From NCBI GenBank assembly GCA_001777665.1, contig MFEQ01000004.1, positions 129,331-193,330 of the forward strand: a DNA stretch of 64,000 bases, written 5' to 3'. The position numbers and the translations under genes are program-made. Every line of letters starts with the position of its first letter. The stretch's first letter is position 1. The notes beneath the pieces are model-generated. The model did no database searches. It had not been told where the DNA came from and was given only the letters and a program-made list of their open reading frames with translations. Origin of the DNA: Candidatus Doudnabacteria bacterium RIFCSPHIGHO2_02_FULL_42_25 (GTDB lineage Bacteria; Patescibacteriota; Doudnabacteria; UBA920; O2-02-FULL-48-8). This document shows positions 26,319 to 36,453 of the stretch, piece by piece.

Positions 26319-28347
26319 GGATTTGTAACAATTCCTCTGGAATGGCTTTTAAGAATCTAGAAGGAATAGAAATATTTCTGCTCCCAAATTGTTTGCGGGT
26401 CTGGGCGCATACAAGAAACAGCTGTTGCTTCGCTCTCGTAATCCCCACATAAGTCAGTCTCACTTCTTCGGCAATGTCTTTTGGATCCATCATTGATCTG
26501 GCATGTGGCAAGATCCCCTCTTCCAGTCCGACCAAAAATACTGTCTCGAATTCCAGACCTTTGGCCTGGTGCAGGGTCATCAGTGTTACTTTCGGAGAAT
26601 GTAAATCCATTTCATCTACTGATGTCATGAGCGCTACCTCTTCTAAAAATTTAGTCAGGCCTTCCTTCCAATTCATTTTACGGAAACTTCCAGCGACATT
26701 GAAAAGTTCCTGAATGTTTTCCCAACGTGTTTCTCCCTCTTCCGAACCATCACGCAGAAATGCTTCGTACCCAGTCAGCTTTAAAACTTGACGCAAGATA
26801 TCCAGTAGGTCTGCACTCTCATCTAAATTTTGAATCAAATTAACAGTTTCAAAAAAATGTTTAACAGATGGTTTGAGGTCCATCAATTTCGCTAATTCTT
26901 TCTCATCCTGTTCAATCAAAGCTTCCTTCAGCAGATCAAAACTTTTCGGCCCTATTCCCCGAGGTGGTACATTAATCACTCGTTTCAAACTTACCAAATC
27001 ATTTGGATTAATCAAAAGTCTTAGGTAACTTAAAATATCCTTGATTTCTTTGCGTTCATAGAACTTTAATCCGCCAACTATTTGATAAGGGATAGAGGCT
27101 TCAATCATAACTTCTTCCAAAACCCGGGATTGGGCATGAGTTCGATAAAGTATCGCGATATTGTTCAAACGCTGTCGATTTTTGAGTTTTGGGAGAATTT
27201 TTGACCGGGCACCTGCCCGCCACGCAAGCCAGCTTGCTGGCGTTGCAGGCGGGTGACGCATAATTCGGCCAAGAATCGTGTCGTCCGTATCCTCTATCTC
27301 ATATTGCAGCTCATTCGATTTACCATCCTGGATCTCGATAATTTTGGAAGCAACAAAATAGGCTTCTGCTAATTCATCCGGGGCAGAATAAAACATCGGA
27401 ATCATGCCTTTTTCATTTTCGGTCCACAAAGTTTTTTTGTGCTGTCTCGGACTAAGTTCAATAACTTTCTGGGCGATGGATAAAATCGGTTGAGTCGATC
27501 GGTAATTTTGCTCTAACCGAATAATTTTGGTTTCCGGATAATCTTTTTCAAAATCTAAAATATTTTGGAGGTTCGCCCCTCGAAAACCATAAATAGCTTG
27601 CGCATCGTCCCCCACCACAAAAATATTCTGATGATTGGCAACCAACATTTTCGTGAAAATATACTGGACGTGATTCGTATCCTGATATTCGTCGACCAAA
27701 ACATACTGCCAAAGATTTTGGTATTTCAAAAGCACGTCATCATGTTCTTGAAAAATTCTCACTGGTAACACCAAAAGATCTCCGAAATCGACGGCATTGT
27801 TTTTTCGAAGTTCAGTCTGATACATTTCGTAAACTTTTTTTACATTCAAATCAAAAGTAGTTTGGGTTGGTAAATCATCCGGCTCTTCTAAATTATTTTT
27901 GGCTCGATCTATAAGATGCGCAAACAATGATGGCTTAAATTTCGTCGGATCAATTCTTAAACGTAACAAAATATCTTTCAGCAAACTTTCTTGGTCATCA
28001 CTGTCATAAATGAGGAAATCCCTATCCAAACCAACTAAGGCACATTCTTGCCTTAGAATTCGGACACCTATTGAATGAAAAGTTCCCATCGTAGGGAGTT
28101 CCGATTTTCCGATCAATCCGATTATCCGAGTTTTCATTTCCCCAGCCGCCTTATTAGTAAAAGTTACAGCTAAAATACTATGTGGTTTTAACCCCAATTT
28201 TTTAATCAAATATACTATGCGCATAGTCAAAGCCCTAGTTTTACCACTGCCCGCACCAGCCAAAATTAACACCGGCCCTAGCGGCGCCTTTACAGCTTCT
28301 AATTGAGCTTGATTTAAACCGATTTGTTCAGCAGAATTTTTAGTCAT
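26305..28347 (-). CDS. pcrA: PcrA/UvrD SF1 DNA helicase with in-frame 42-bp insert
   Basis: AGAGSGKT, TFTNKAA, LVDEYQDTN, LEQNYRST, MTLHQAKGLEF, EEVRLTYVGITRA. Confidence 0.95.
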   Translation of the reverse strand: MTKNSAEQIGLNQAQLEAVKAPLGPVLILAGAGSGKTRALTMRIVYLIKKLGLKPHSILAVTFTNKAAGEMKTRIIGLIGKSELPTMGTFHSIGVRILRQECALVGLDRDFLIYDSDDQESLLKDILLRLRIDPTKFKPSLFAHLIDRAKNNLEEPDDLPTQTTFDLNVKKVYEMYQTELRKNNAVDFGDLLVLPVRIFQEHDDVLLKYQNLWQYVLVDEYQDTNHVQYIFTKMLVANHQNIFVVGDDAQAIYGFRGANLQNILDFEKDYPETKIIRLEQNYRSTQPILSIAQKVIELSPRQHKKTLWTENEKGMIPMFYSAPDELAEAYFVASKIIEIQDGKSNELQYEIEDTDDTILGRIMRHPPATPASWLAWRAGARSKILPKLKNRQRLNNIAILYRTHAQSRVLEEVMIEASIPYQIVGGLKFYERKEIKDILSYLRLLINPNDLVSLKRVINVPPRGIGPKSFDLLKEALIEQDEKELAKLMDLKPSVKHFFETVNLIQNLDESADLLDILRQVLKLTGYEAFLRDGSEEGETRWENIQELFNVAGSFRKMNWKEGLTKFLEEVALMTSVDEMDLHSPKVTLMTLHQAKGLEFETVFLVGLEEGILPHARSMMDPKDIAEEVRLTYVGITRAKQQLFLVCAQTRKQFGSRNISIPSRFLKAIPEELLQIHEDF
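27212..27253. repeat. 42-bp palindromic element in frame in pcrA
   Basis: Adds 14 codons (HPPATPASWLAWRAG region); matches 24672-24713. Confidence 0.9.
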
Positions 28348-28367
28348 GCAATGTATTATCGCACAGT

Positions 28368-28449
28368 ATCTACGAACTTACGAAATTATTACGAAAATAC
28401 GAAAAAAATTATCCCTTTCGTACTTTCGTAGGCTTTCGTATTTCGTAGA
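28368..28449. repeat. inverted pair of TACGAA tandem arrays with no gene between them
   Basis: TCTACGAA-(TACGAA)n ... (TTCGTA)n-TTCGTAGA. Confidence 0.75.
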
Positions 28450-28687
28450 TTGAACTTGTGGATATTCCCACAAATAATCTCCTTTAAAAATAGACTTTTT
28501 TGAACTTATATACAAATGTCAGGGTTAAGAGTGTTGACGAGATAACTCAATTTTGGTAACATACGGACTATCGGTTGAAATGATAGTCGAACGAATATTA
28601 GCCCAAAAATTGATTAATTTTTCAAAAAATCCTCCCGCTAGTTTTCTGAAAAATCTGACCAAAAATTGGAGTTTATAAGGAGTTCTT

Positions 28688-29968
28688 ATTTCCCCCCTTT
28701 CTTCCTTCAAGCGAAAGTTCTCTAAGTCCACGAAAGAAATTTCCTCTACGTGGAAATCAAACAGTAAGTTTACAATCCACCCCTTCAAGTCTTTACACTC
28801 AAGACATCTTCTTCCCCTCTCCCTTTCAGACTATTTCGCCAGATTTAGTTTTGAATTCATTGTCTTGGGCGTAGCTTGTTTAGCGGTATTCATGAATCTC
28901 TCCCTAAATCGCACCAACCTCATCTCCACCTCGGATGAAAGTGTGATTTTTTCATTCCTCAAAAATAATCCAAACCTCAACCACGCCCTTCTGGCGACTT
29001 CTGACACCACGACTATTTTGGCTAAGTCAGATCAATTGGTTTCCAGAGCCTTGGCTTCTACCTCTGGAATCCTTCTGACTTCTTCGAGAGCTAGTGCTTC
29101 TTCTTCGGCGGTAGTAGACCCGACGACCATCCAAGAAGACGTAATAGTCAAAACTAACCCCGCCGACACTGACAATTTTTATCGACATGGTCTGACACAA
29201 TATACTGTGCAACCCGGCGACACTTTGAGCACTATTGCTTCAAACTTTGGAATTTCTCCTTCCACGATCATGACTGAAAATAAGTTGACGACAAGTTCAA
29301 CGCTGCGAGCTGGAGCGGTGCTCACCATTCTTCCAACGACTGGAATCACATATACAATTAAAGATGGCGATACCATGGAGGCCCTTATCAAAAAATACAA
29401 AGTTACAGAAGATGATTTCTTGGACGCCAACAATTTAGAATCTTTTGAAGATTTGTCATCTGGCGCTGTAGTTGTCGTTCCGATGATCAATGTCGCGGTA
29501 CCACAGGCTCCAAGAACATCAACATTCGTAAAAAGTGAAGCTGGCAAAGTGGCTCTTAGAACTGCTTCAGCTCCAACTGACTTAGTAAATAGTGCTGTGA
29601 GCTTCATCTGGCCAACTGCTGTTAGAACAATTACTCAAGGTTATTCCAAACGTCACAGTGGTTTGGATATCTCCAACAGCCAAAAAGTCCCGATCTATGC
29701 AGCATCTGACGGATTCGTCGAAATCTCCGGATATCAATCCAATGGTTACGGTAACACTATAGTGATTAACCATGGTAACGGCTACAAAACCCGATATGCC
29801 CATGCTTCTACATTAAATGTTTCAGCAGGAGATTATGTGAAACAAGGGCAAGAAATCGCTAAACAGGGCAATACCGGCCGTGTCCGAGGTGCCACTGGTA
29901 TTCACTTACACTTTGAAATAACTAAGAATGGCGCCAAGGTCAACCCTCTCTCTTACGTCAGACCGTAA
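28688..29968 (+). CDS. LysM x2 + M23 peptidoglycan endopeptidase (start uncertain: ATT 28688 or TTG 28865)
   Basis: YTVQPGDTLSTIA, YTIKDGDT, HSGLDI, TRYAH, HLHFEI. Frame is open from 28679. Confidence 0.88.
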   Translation: MSPLSSFKRKFSKSTKEISSTWKSNSKFTIHPFKSLHSRHLLPLSLSDYFARFSFEFIVLGVACLAVFMNLSLNRTNLISTSDESVIFSFLKNNPNLNHALLATSDTTTILAKSDQLVSRALASTSGILLTSSRASASSSAVVDPTTIQEDVIVKTNPADTDNFYRHGLTQYTVQPGDTLSTIASNFGISPSTIMTENKLTTSSTLRAGAVLTILPTTGITYTIKDGDTMEALIKKYKVTEDDFLDANNLESFEDLSSGAVVVVPMINVAVPQAPRTSTFVKSEAGKVALRTASAPTDLVNSAVSFIWPTAVRTITQGYSKRHSGLDISNSQKVPIYAASDGFVEISGYQSNGYGNTIVINHGNGYKTRYAHASTLNVSAGDYVKQGQEIAKQGNTGRVRGATGIHLHFEITKNGAKVNPLSYVRP

Positions 29969-30014
29969 GTCAAAGAACAAAGATCAGTTAACAGTTAACA
30001 TAACCCGAAATAAC

Positions 30015-30040
30015 AAAACCCAGAGTGTCTGGGTTTTTTT
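30015..30040. terminator. bidirectional terminator between convergent genes, flanked by inverted degenerate 7-mer repeats
   Basis: AAAACCCAGA-GTG-TCTGGGTTTTTTT. Confidence 0.75.
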
Positions 30041-30063
30041 GTTATCTGATAGCTGTTATCTGA

Positions 30064-31836
30064 TTACTGAACAGTACCGCCACCCCGACTATCTAGAACA
30101 TCATCATTAATTGTCGATGTCGTGACTTCGTTGACAGTATTGGTTTCTATTAATTGAGAAGTGAAGACATCTGTTCCCATGGCTTTTATATTTGAAAGTA
30201 AGTTCATGGCTTTGTTTCGATCGACTTCACTTGGTGTCACGGCTATTTGAAATGAAACTCGTGCCACTGGAATAAATTTTCCTGTAAACGCTGGAATGTC
30301 TCCGATGTTCCATGTTATTTTTCCAGAATTCGGATCGTACGTTAGTCGATTTTTTTCTGCATCTGGGACGACAACATTTTTCCAAGATTGAGATGGTAGT
30401 GGCAATGACGCAACTACTTTTGTATTTGATAAATCATTACTGCCGTTGGAAAGCATTAGGGTCATGTTAAATAATGTTGTTTTTCCAACTTGCAGCGGAG
30501 CAGCACCTGAAACGTAATCACCGTGGACGTTCAAAGTCAACTCTGATCCCAATTTCAAAACCACATCACCGGCTCTGGTTGGTTTCTGGATTTCATCGGA
30601 AGAAATTTGTGCAGTAGCTTTAATAGTTTGATTTTTTAGATTAGTACTATAACTGTCCACAATTGGAATGCGAAAATCAATTTCACCACGCTCCATTGGT
30701 GATAAAACACTTAATCCTGGAAGGGTGGCTGCTTTCCACGTCAGAGTTCGATCAGACAGAATGGCATTGTCAGCTTGCAATCTGGGTATATCCAACGAAG
30801 CACCTTCCAAATTGACGACAACAACAATATTATTCAAACCGATAGATCCTTGATTCGCATAGTTGAGAGTAAAACTAATTGTTTGATCGAGATTTACAAT
30901 ACCATCCTCTACGTCTGAACTAAGTGTTAATGCCAAAGCAGAAGGCATAATTTGAAAAGTCCCAGTAGAAATTAGCTGTGAAGCAAAAATGTTATTTATA
31001 ATTTGACCCAGCTCTGCTTTCACTAATTTAACCTCGGAATTTTCTCCAGTAAAACTCCCGGTGATTTCTAAAGATAACGAGCTTCCCGTAGCAATTTTGG
31101 GTAATTTCCAATAATTGTTATCTTTGGTCACAGGAATATTACTGCTCGTGTAATTAAATCCTTCAGGATAAGTCATGATTAATACCAAATTATCAAAATC
31201 CTGACTCGTGACGTTAGTAAAATTGACTGAAAAAGTCGTATCCTGTCCCCCGACGACATCTATCGGACCGTTGATTTCCATGGTCAGATTTGGAGGCAAA
31301 ATACTAGTCTGGATAGTTGTTTCAGCTGCGAATTCTGAATTAAAGTTCGACAATCGATAATGCATGACAGCTTTGATCTGTTTGCTCTCGCCTGTCCCGC
31401 CAGTTAATTTCCCGCGAATAATTATCTCGGCTTCCTTGCCTTCTTTCAAAACCGGTAAATTAAATATATTCCCTACCGATGAAGTCGCCTGCGGTGTTGA
31501 TGATTTAAATTTAAATCCGGTTGGGTAAAACAATTGCAGCGAAATATTAGTCAAGTCAGCGTTTTCGTCATTTTTATAAACTACTCGATATTCAGCTTCA
31601 TTACCTGAAACCAGTTGATCCGGTCCTTCGATGACTAGGGACACGCTATCTGGTGTCTGGACTGCTGGTTGTTTATTTCCAAAAATAACGTAGGCTCCCA
31701 CGCCCAGCAACAGTAAAACACAACCGATGGCGACATATATCAATCCCTTGCCTTTAAAAAAGCTCGGCTGTTGGGGTTGAGTAATTTCCATCGGTAACTC
31801 TGACCGAGTATTGGGGTCTAAAATTTGGTCGTCCAT
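30064..31836 (-). CDS. membrane-anchored Ig-like (DUF11-like) repeat protein
   Basis: TM anchor; repeated V.Y.N..L.N..L..P.GF beta-sandwich units. Confidence 0.7.
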   Translation of the reverse strand: MDDQILDPNTRSELPMEITQPQQPSFFKGKGLIYVAIGCVLLLLGVGAYVIFGNKQPAVQTPDSVSLVIEGPDQLVSGNEAEYRVVYKNDENADLTNISLQLFYPTGFKFKSSTPQATSSVGNIFNLPVLKEGKEAEIIIRGKLTGGTGESKQIKAVMHYRLSNFNSEFAAETTIQTSILPPNLTMEINGPIDVVGGQDTTFSVNFTNVTSQDFDNLVLIMTYPEGFNYTSSNIPVTKDNNYWKLPKIATGSSLSLEITGSFTGENSEVKLVKAELGQIINNIFASQLISTGTFQIMPSALALTLSSDVEDGIVNLDQTISFTLNYANQGSIGLNNIVVVVNLEGASLDIPRLQADNAILSDRTLTWKAATLPGLSVLSPMERGEIDFRIPIVDSYSTNLKNQTIKATAQISSDEIQKPTRAGDVVLKLGSELTLNVHGDYVSGAAPLQVGKTTLFNMTLMLSNGSNDLSNTKVVASLPLPSQSWKNVVVPDAEKNRLTYDPNSGKITWNIGDIPAFTGKFIPVARVSFQIAVTPSEVDRNKAMNLLSNIKAMGTDVFTSQLIETNTVNEVTTSTINDDVLDSRGGGTVQ

Positions 31837-32354
31837 ACGGGCCTTTCTAATATATATTCAATAAATTTATTAATGGTGGTGTGATCAACCTCTTTCTCTT
31901 CTGGAAACCTGAACCCGAGTGTATCTAATAAATCCAAAGAAAATTTATCTAAGATCTTATAGTCAGCTGGGTAATAATCAGGATGGTTCAAGTTATGCAA
32001 AAAATCGATCAGTAAATCAAAAGCAACAGAATTTGGATGTTCATCAGCAGTCATTTTCAGCATCAATTCTGCTCCATAAAGCCCGATCGCCATTTTCTGC
32101 AAGTCTTGATGAATACTGTTGTATTGTTTGACAGGTTTGGCTCCAATCAGAACTGGGAAATTCCCACCGGCGACATCAACTTCACAAAGCGATAGATCCT
32201 GTAAAGCAAACGCCAGTTTACTTTTGGGTAAACGAATAGACTTAGCCAAAATCCGTACTTTACCTAAATCTTTAGTCCATAATGTCAGGATCTGGTCCGC
32301 TTCTTTATAGTTTTGTTTTTTGAGGATTACTCCGGTGTGTTTGCGATATTTCAT
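31818..32354 (-). CDS. recO: DNA repair protein RecO (short, no Zn finger)
   Basis: GVILKKQNYKEADQILTLWTKDLGKVRILAKSIRLPKSKL OB-fold. Confidence 0.85.
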   Translation of the reverse strand: MKYRKHTGVILKKQNYKEADQILTLWTKDLGKVRILAKSIRLPKSKLAFALQDLSLCEVDVAGGNFPVLIGAKPVKQYNSIHQDLQKMAIGLYGAELMLKMTADEHPNSVAFDLLIDFLHNLNHPDYYPADYKILDKFSLDLLDTLGFRFPEEKEVDHTTINKFIEYILERPVWTTKF

Positions 32355-35300
32355 TCTAATTTTATGGAGATTTTTTTACCTTCTATTTCCACTTCCTGCC
32401 CACCCTGACCCTTTTGTATTTCTTTCACATATGTCTTTTTACGATCAAATAACTCAAAGGCAACACTTAGTTCACCATCATTAGTATCATAAGTCAAATT
32501 TATGACTTCGCCAACCTTTAATCCTGATTTTTTGCGCATATCTTGGACCAATCGTTCTAATTCCGCTGCCAAGCCTTCTTTCTTGAGTTCAGGAGATATA
32601 GTCGAATCAAACTTTACAGTGTACGCATCTTTAACATTATCAAACTCAGCTTGTTTGAAATTCAACTCATCTAGTAAAATCTGTTCGAGCTCAGGAGTGA
32701 GTTGATTTTTCCCAACCGTTGAATATTTAAGAACGCCCAATGGTTGACGAAGCTTTATATTTGCAGCTTTTCTAGCACTCAATCCTTCGACAACTAATGT
32801 TCTCACCTGCTCCATAAAGTACAAAACGCTTGGCTGTGAAATTTGGTCTTTAGTTTCAGGCCAACTTGCTAAGTGTACTGATTCTTTATCTCCCTCAGCT
32901 TTTAACTCCTGCCACAATGACTCGGCCACGAAAGGGACAAATGGTGCAAGTAAAATGCTTAAAGTTTTTAAAACTTTATTTAGCGTCTGATAAAAAGCCG
33001 GGCCTTTACGATCTCTTGAACGTCGAACATACCAAGTCGACAGTTCGTTTATAAATACTTCAATTTCCCGAGAAGCATGGAAAGCATCATAAGCCTGAAG
33101 ATACTCCGTGACCTGGTTCACCAACTTCTGTGTTCGCGTTAACATCCACTGATCTAAAATATCTAATTCTTTAACTTCTTTACTTGCATCCCACTGGTCA
33201 TGGTTAGCATAAGTAACGAAAAACGAAAGTACATTCCAAAGAATTACGAAATTTTTTCGCAAGACTAATTCAGCATCCCTTTCTCCAAATCGTTTATCAT
33301 CACCTGGTTGATTCACTGAATACATATACCAACGTAGAGAATCAACACCATATTTGTTAATCACAGACCAAGGATCGATGACGTTCCCTTTAGACTTGCT
33401 CATCTTTTGACCCTTTGAGTCTAATAAGAATCCTAAGCTAATAACATTTTTATAAGATGGCCCTTTATCAAGTAATGTCGAAACTGCAAGTAATGTATAA
33501 AACCAACCACGGGTTTGATCAATGGCTTCTGAAATAAAATCGGCAGGAAATTGTTCTTTGTTCTCAATCTTCTCTTTATTCTCCATCGGATAATGCCACT
33601 GGGCAAAAGGCATAGATCCGGAGTCAAACCAGACATCCATAACTGCTGGGACTCTTTTAGCATCCTTATTACATTCTTTGCATTTTAAAACTACCTCATC
33701 GATATAAGGTCTATGAATATCAATAATAGCAACGTTCATTTCAAATGCTTGACCTTTGTGTGGATATGAGCGATCAGATCCAAAGTGTTTCTGCAAAGAA
33801 TACAAAGGATCCCCATGGCTAACTATGAGAATATTTTTTCCCTGATGTTTTTCATTCAAATCATTTATTAAACTAAGCATTCTGTCTCTTGCCTGAGTCC
33901 AAGTTTCTCCGCCTTTTGGAGCATCAGACCAGCGAATAGCATGCGGAAAATCGCGGTCGAACTCATCGTAGGTTCGACCATCATATTCACCACAATTCAG
34001 CTCATTTAAGCGTGGATCGATAATTAGTTCGACTTTGAGTTTTTTGTTAACAATTTCCGCAGTCTGCATCGTTCGGTTAAATTCAGAGCAGACGATCAAA
34101 TCGAATTTATCTAGCTTAGCTAATTCATCAGCTGTTGCTTGAACCAGCTTTTGACCTTTTTCAGTTAGCTGATCCATTTCGCTACCTGGTTTGGAACTAC
34201 AAACTCGTTTAACATTTGTATAAGCCTCGCCGTGTCGTAGGAAATAAAAATTATTTTTGGCGAGCCCTAAGTCCTTAATGCTACCTGGAACCGTAAGATG
34301 CTCTTGATCACATGTCCAGATTGGTAAAGGTGTCCCCCAATATCGTTCTCTAGAAATAGCCCAATCTTTCACCCCATCCAACCATTCTCCGAATCGTCCA
34401 TGTTTGATATAGTCGGGTGTCCAATTTATTTGTTCGTTATTTGCCTTTAGTTGATCTCGCAATTTACTCATAGCAATAAACCATGAATCTCTAGCGTAAT
34501 ACAGAAGTGGTGTGCCACATCGCCAACAATGAGGATATTCGTGTTTATATTTTTCAATCTTAAGCACCCGGTCCCCTAACAATTCAAAAATCTTTTGATC
34601 AGTTTTGTGATCTTTAACATACATTCCTGCCAAACCTGCGACTTCAGGAGTAAATCTTCCAGTTTCGTCCACCGTGTGATGCTTGGGTAATCCTAACTCT
34701 TCACCTAATTGATAGTCATCCTCACCATACATAACTGCTGTATGCACAACACCTGTTCCATCTTCAGTATTTACAAAATCTGCAGCATAAACTTTATAGG
34801 ATTTATCCGATTTGAGTTCAGGAATATCAAATAGTGGTTCGTATTCCAAACCTACAAGATCCTTACCCTTATATTGCTGTTTTGTGCGATCGTCAATTTT
34901 AGTAATATCCGAAAAAGTAGAATTCACTCGGTCTTTCGCAACAATATAAAATTCTCCATCCTTTTCGACTTTGAAATAATCAATATCTCCCCCCACTGCT
35001 AACGCAACATTCCCAGGCAGAGTCCAAGGAGTTGTGGTCCAAGACAAAATATAAGTGTTGGGTTCACTCCTTAACTTAAACTTAACGTAAACAGATTGAT
35101 CAGAGACAGTTTGATAACCCTGTGCAACTTCATGCGAAGAAAGTGCTGTGCCACATCTTGGGCAATAAGGCACGACTTTGTGGCCTAGATAAATTAATTT
35201 TTTATCGTTAATCTCCTTTACTATCGACCACACGGATTCGATATAGGAATTAGAGTAAGTAATATAGGGATTATCCAAATCAACCCAAAAGCCCATTCGC

Positions 35301-35725
35301 TTAGTGAGTTTTTCCCAATCCTCTTTGTATTGCCACACAGATTCTCTGCAAAGTCGATTAAATTCAATAATGCTGTCACGCACATTTGGTTTAATCGATT
35401 CGATTTGTTTTTTTCCCGAAATTCCAAGTTTTTTTTCAACTTCTAATTCGACTGGGAGTCCGTGTGTGTCCCAACCACCTTTACGAGAAACGAATTTCCC
35501 AAGCATTGTCTGGAATCTTGGAAATAAATCTTTAAATGCTCTTGCTTCTACGTGGTGAATGCCTGGTTTGCCATTTGCTGTGGGAGGACCTTCAAAAAAC
35601 ACAAACCTTTCACCGTTTTTGGTTTGCTCCAAAGATTTGGCAAAAATTTGGTTCTCTTCCCAAAATTTTAAAATCTCTTCCTCTAGCTCTGGAAACTTTG
35701 GTTTGGGCTCTATAGGCTTAAACAT
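32351..35725 (-). CDS. ileS: isoleucine-tRNA ligase (type 2-like) with inserted histidine phosphatase domain
   Basis: GPPTANGKPGIHH, GWDTHGLPVE, WTTTPWTLP, DWAISRERYWGTP, KMSKS; insert contains LRHGE...VSHGD. Confidence 0.95.
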   Translation of the reverse strand: MFKPIEPKPKFPELEEEILKFWEENQIFAKSLEQTKNGERFVFFEGPPTANGKPGIHHVEARAFKDLFPRFQTMLGKFVSRKGGWDTHGLPVELEVEKKLGISGKKQIESIKPNVRDSIIEFNRLCRESVWQYKEDWEKLTKRMGFWVDLDNPYITYSNSYIESVWSIVKEINDKKLIYLGHKVVPYCPRCGTALSSHEVAQGYQTVSDQSVYVKFKLRSEPNTYILSWTTTPWTLPGNVALAVGGDIDYFKVEKDGEFYIVAKDRVNSTFSDITKIDDRTKQQYKGKDLVGLEYEPLFDIPELKSDKSYKVYAADFVNTEDGTGVVHTAVMYGEDDYQLGEELGLPKHHTVDETGRFTPEVAGLAGMYVKDHKTDQKIFELLGDRVLKIEKYKHEYPHCWRCGTPLLYYARDSWFIAMSKLRDQLKANNEQINWTPDYIKHGRFGEWLDGVKDWAISRERYWGTPLPIWTCDQEHLTVPGSIKDLGLAKNNFYFLRHGEAYTNVKRVCSSKPGSEMDQLTEKGQKLVQATADELAKLDKFDLIVCSEFNRTMQTAEIVNKKLKVELIIDPRLNELNCGEYDGRTYDEFDRDFPHAIRWSDAPKGGETWTQARDRMLSLINDLNEKHQGKNILIVSHGDPLYSLQKHFGSDRSYPHKGQAFEMNVAIIDIHRPYIDEVVLKCKECNKDAKRVPAVMDVWFDSGSMPFAQWHYPMENKEKIENKEQFPADFISEAIDQTRGWFYTLLAVSTLLDKGPSYKNVISLGFLLDSKGQKMSKSKGNVIDPWSVINKYGVDSLRWYMYSVNQPGDDKRFGERDAELVLRKNFVILWNVLSFFVTYANHDQWDASKEVKELDILDQWMLTRTQKLVNQVTEYLQAYDAFHASREIEVFINELSTWYVRRSRDRKGPAFYQTLNKVLKTLSILLAPFVPFVAESLWQELKAEGDKESVHLASWPETKDQISQPSVLYFMEQVRTLVVEGLSARKAANIKLRQPLGVLKYSTVGKNQLTPELEQILLDELNFKQAEFDNVKDAYTVKFDSTISPELKKEGLAAELERLVQDMRKKSGLKVGEVINLTYDTNDGELSVAFELFDRKKTYVKEIQKGQGGQEVEIEGKKISIKLE

Positions 35726-35729
35726 CTAT

Positions 35730-36208
35730 ATGATCCTAATATGCGAATTAATGCTAATCAGCGAATTTGCGAATCTAATCTTTTCCCTGAGAGTTTAGAA
35801 CTCTTTTTGCTTTTAAATATTGATCTCTAAAATTTACAAGCAATCCCAATCTTTTGTTATATGCAACTAAATATCTTTTAACTTGATAATACTCTTCTCT
35901 CCCAAGAACTCTTGTACACTTAATCTCTAAAATTATTTTATCTTCGATAATGAAATCTACTTTATTTCTCCCGGGCATTTCACCGGCAAAACTCGGTGGC
36001 AACAATTTTTCTCGCTCGTATTTAATAGAAGCATTTTTAAATTTCGCTTCAATTGCATCAGCATATTGCTTCTCATTACACGATCTTCCAAGCTCGTTGT
36101 GAACCGTAAACAAAATACCCGTTATTTTATATGACAGTTCAGGATATATTAATCCAGTACTTATTGGCATATTAGTAGATTAGCATATCATTCGTAGATT
36201 TGGATCAT
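35730..36208. mobile_element. GxxExxY cassette bounded by imperfect inverted repeats
   Basis: Left end ATGATCCTAATATGCGAATTAATGCTAATC; reverse complement of right end ATGATCCAAATCTACGAATGATATGCTAATC. Confidence 0.65.
35775..36170 (-). CDS. GxxExxY protein (PD-(D/E)XK nuclease-like)
   Basis: LIYPELSYKITG..VHNELGRSCNEKQY, VDFIIEDKIILEIK, Q..RYL, GLLVNF. Confidence 0.9.
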   Translation of the reverse strand: MPISTGLIYPELSYKITGILFTVHNELGRSCNEKQYADAIEAKFKNASIKYEREKLLPPSFAGEMPGRNKVDFIIEDKIILEIKCTRVLGREEYYQVKRYLVAYNKRLGLLVNFRDQYLKAKRVLNSQGKD

Positions 36209-36209
36209 G

Positions 36210-36436
36210 TTAAAAATAAAAAGCAGATTCTTGCGACTCCTCGCGGAGGGTACCATCGCAATTCTCTTGCTCTCAATTATGCCTGTTACGTTAGGCTTAC
36301 GGACAGTTCTAGTTTTACCCCATCTCGAACGGATGTGAGAGATCCCTCTTAAGAGCGATTTCTCGCTGTGCTCGAAATGGTTATTAAATTTTTCTGTCAG
36401 CTTCACACCCGGCTTGATTTGCCGGTATCGCTTTCA
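36210..36436 (-). promoter_or_regulatory. T-box riboswitch, Ile specifier
   Basis: Specifier GAAATC (AUC, 36357-36359). Antiterminator TTGCGA-TGGTACC-CTCC-GCGA-GGAG-TCGCAA. Upstream of ileS. Confidence 0.75.
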
Positions 36437-36453
36437 CTTATTATACCATAAAA

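Noticed and set aside
28457-28515. Replication origin (DnaA-box-like TGTGGATA, TTCCCCACA, TTATATACA)
   Set aside because: Only mismatched boxes, and no dnaA/dnaN nearby; more simply a promoter region.
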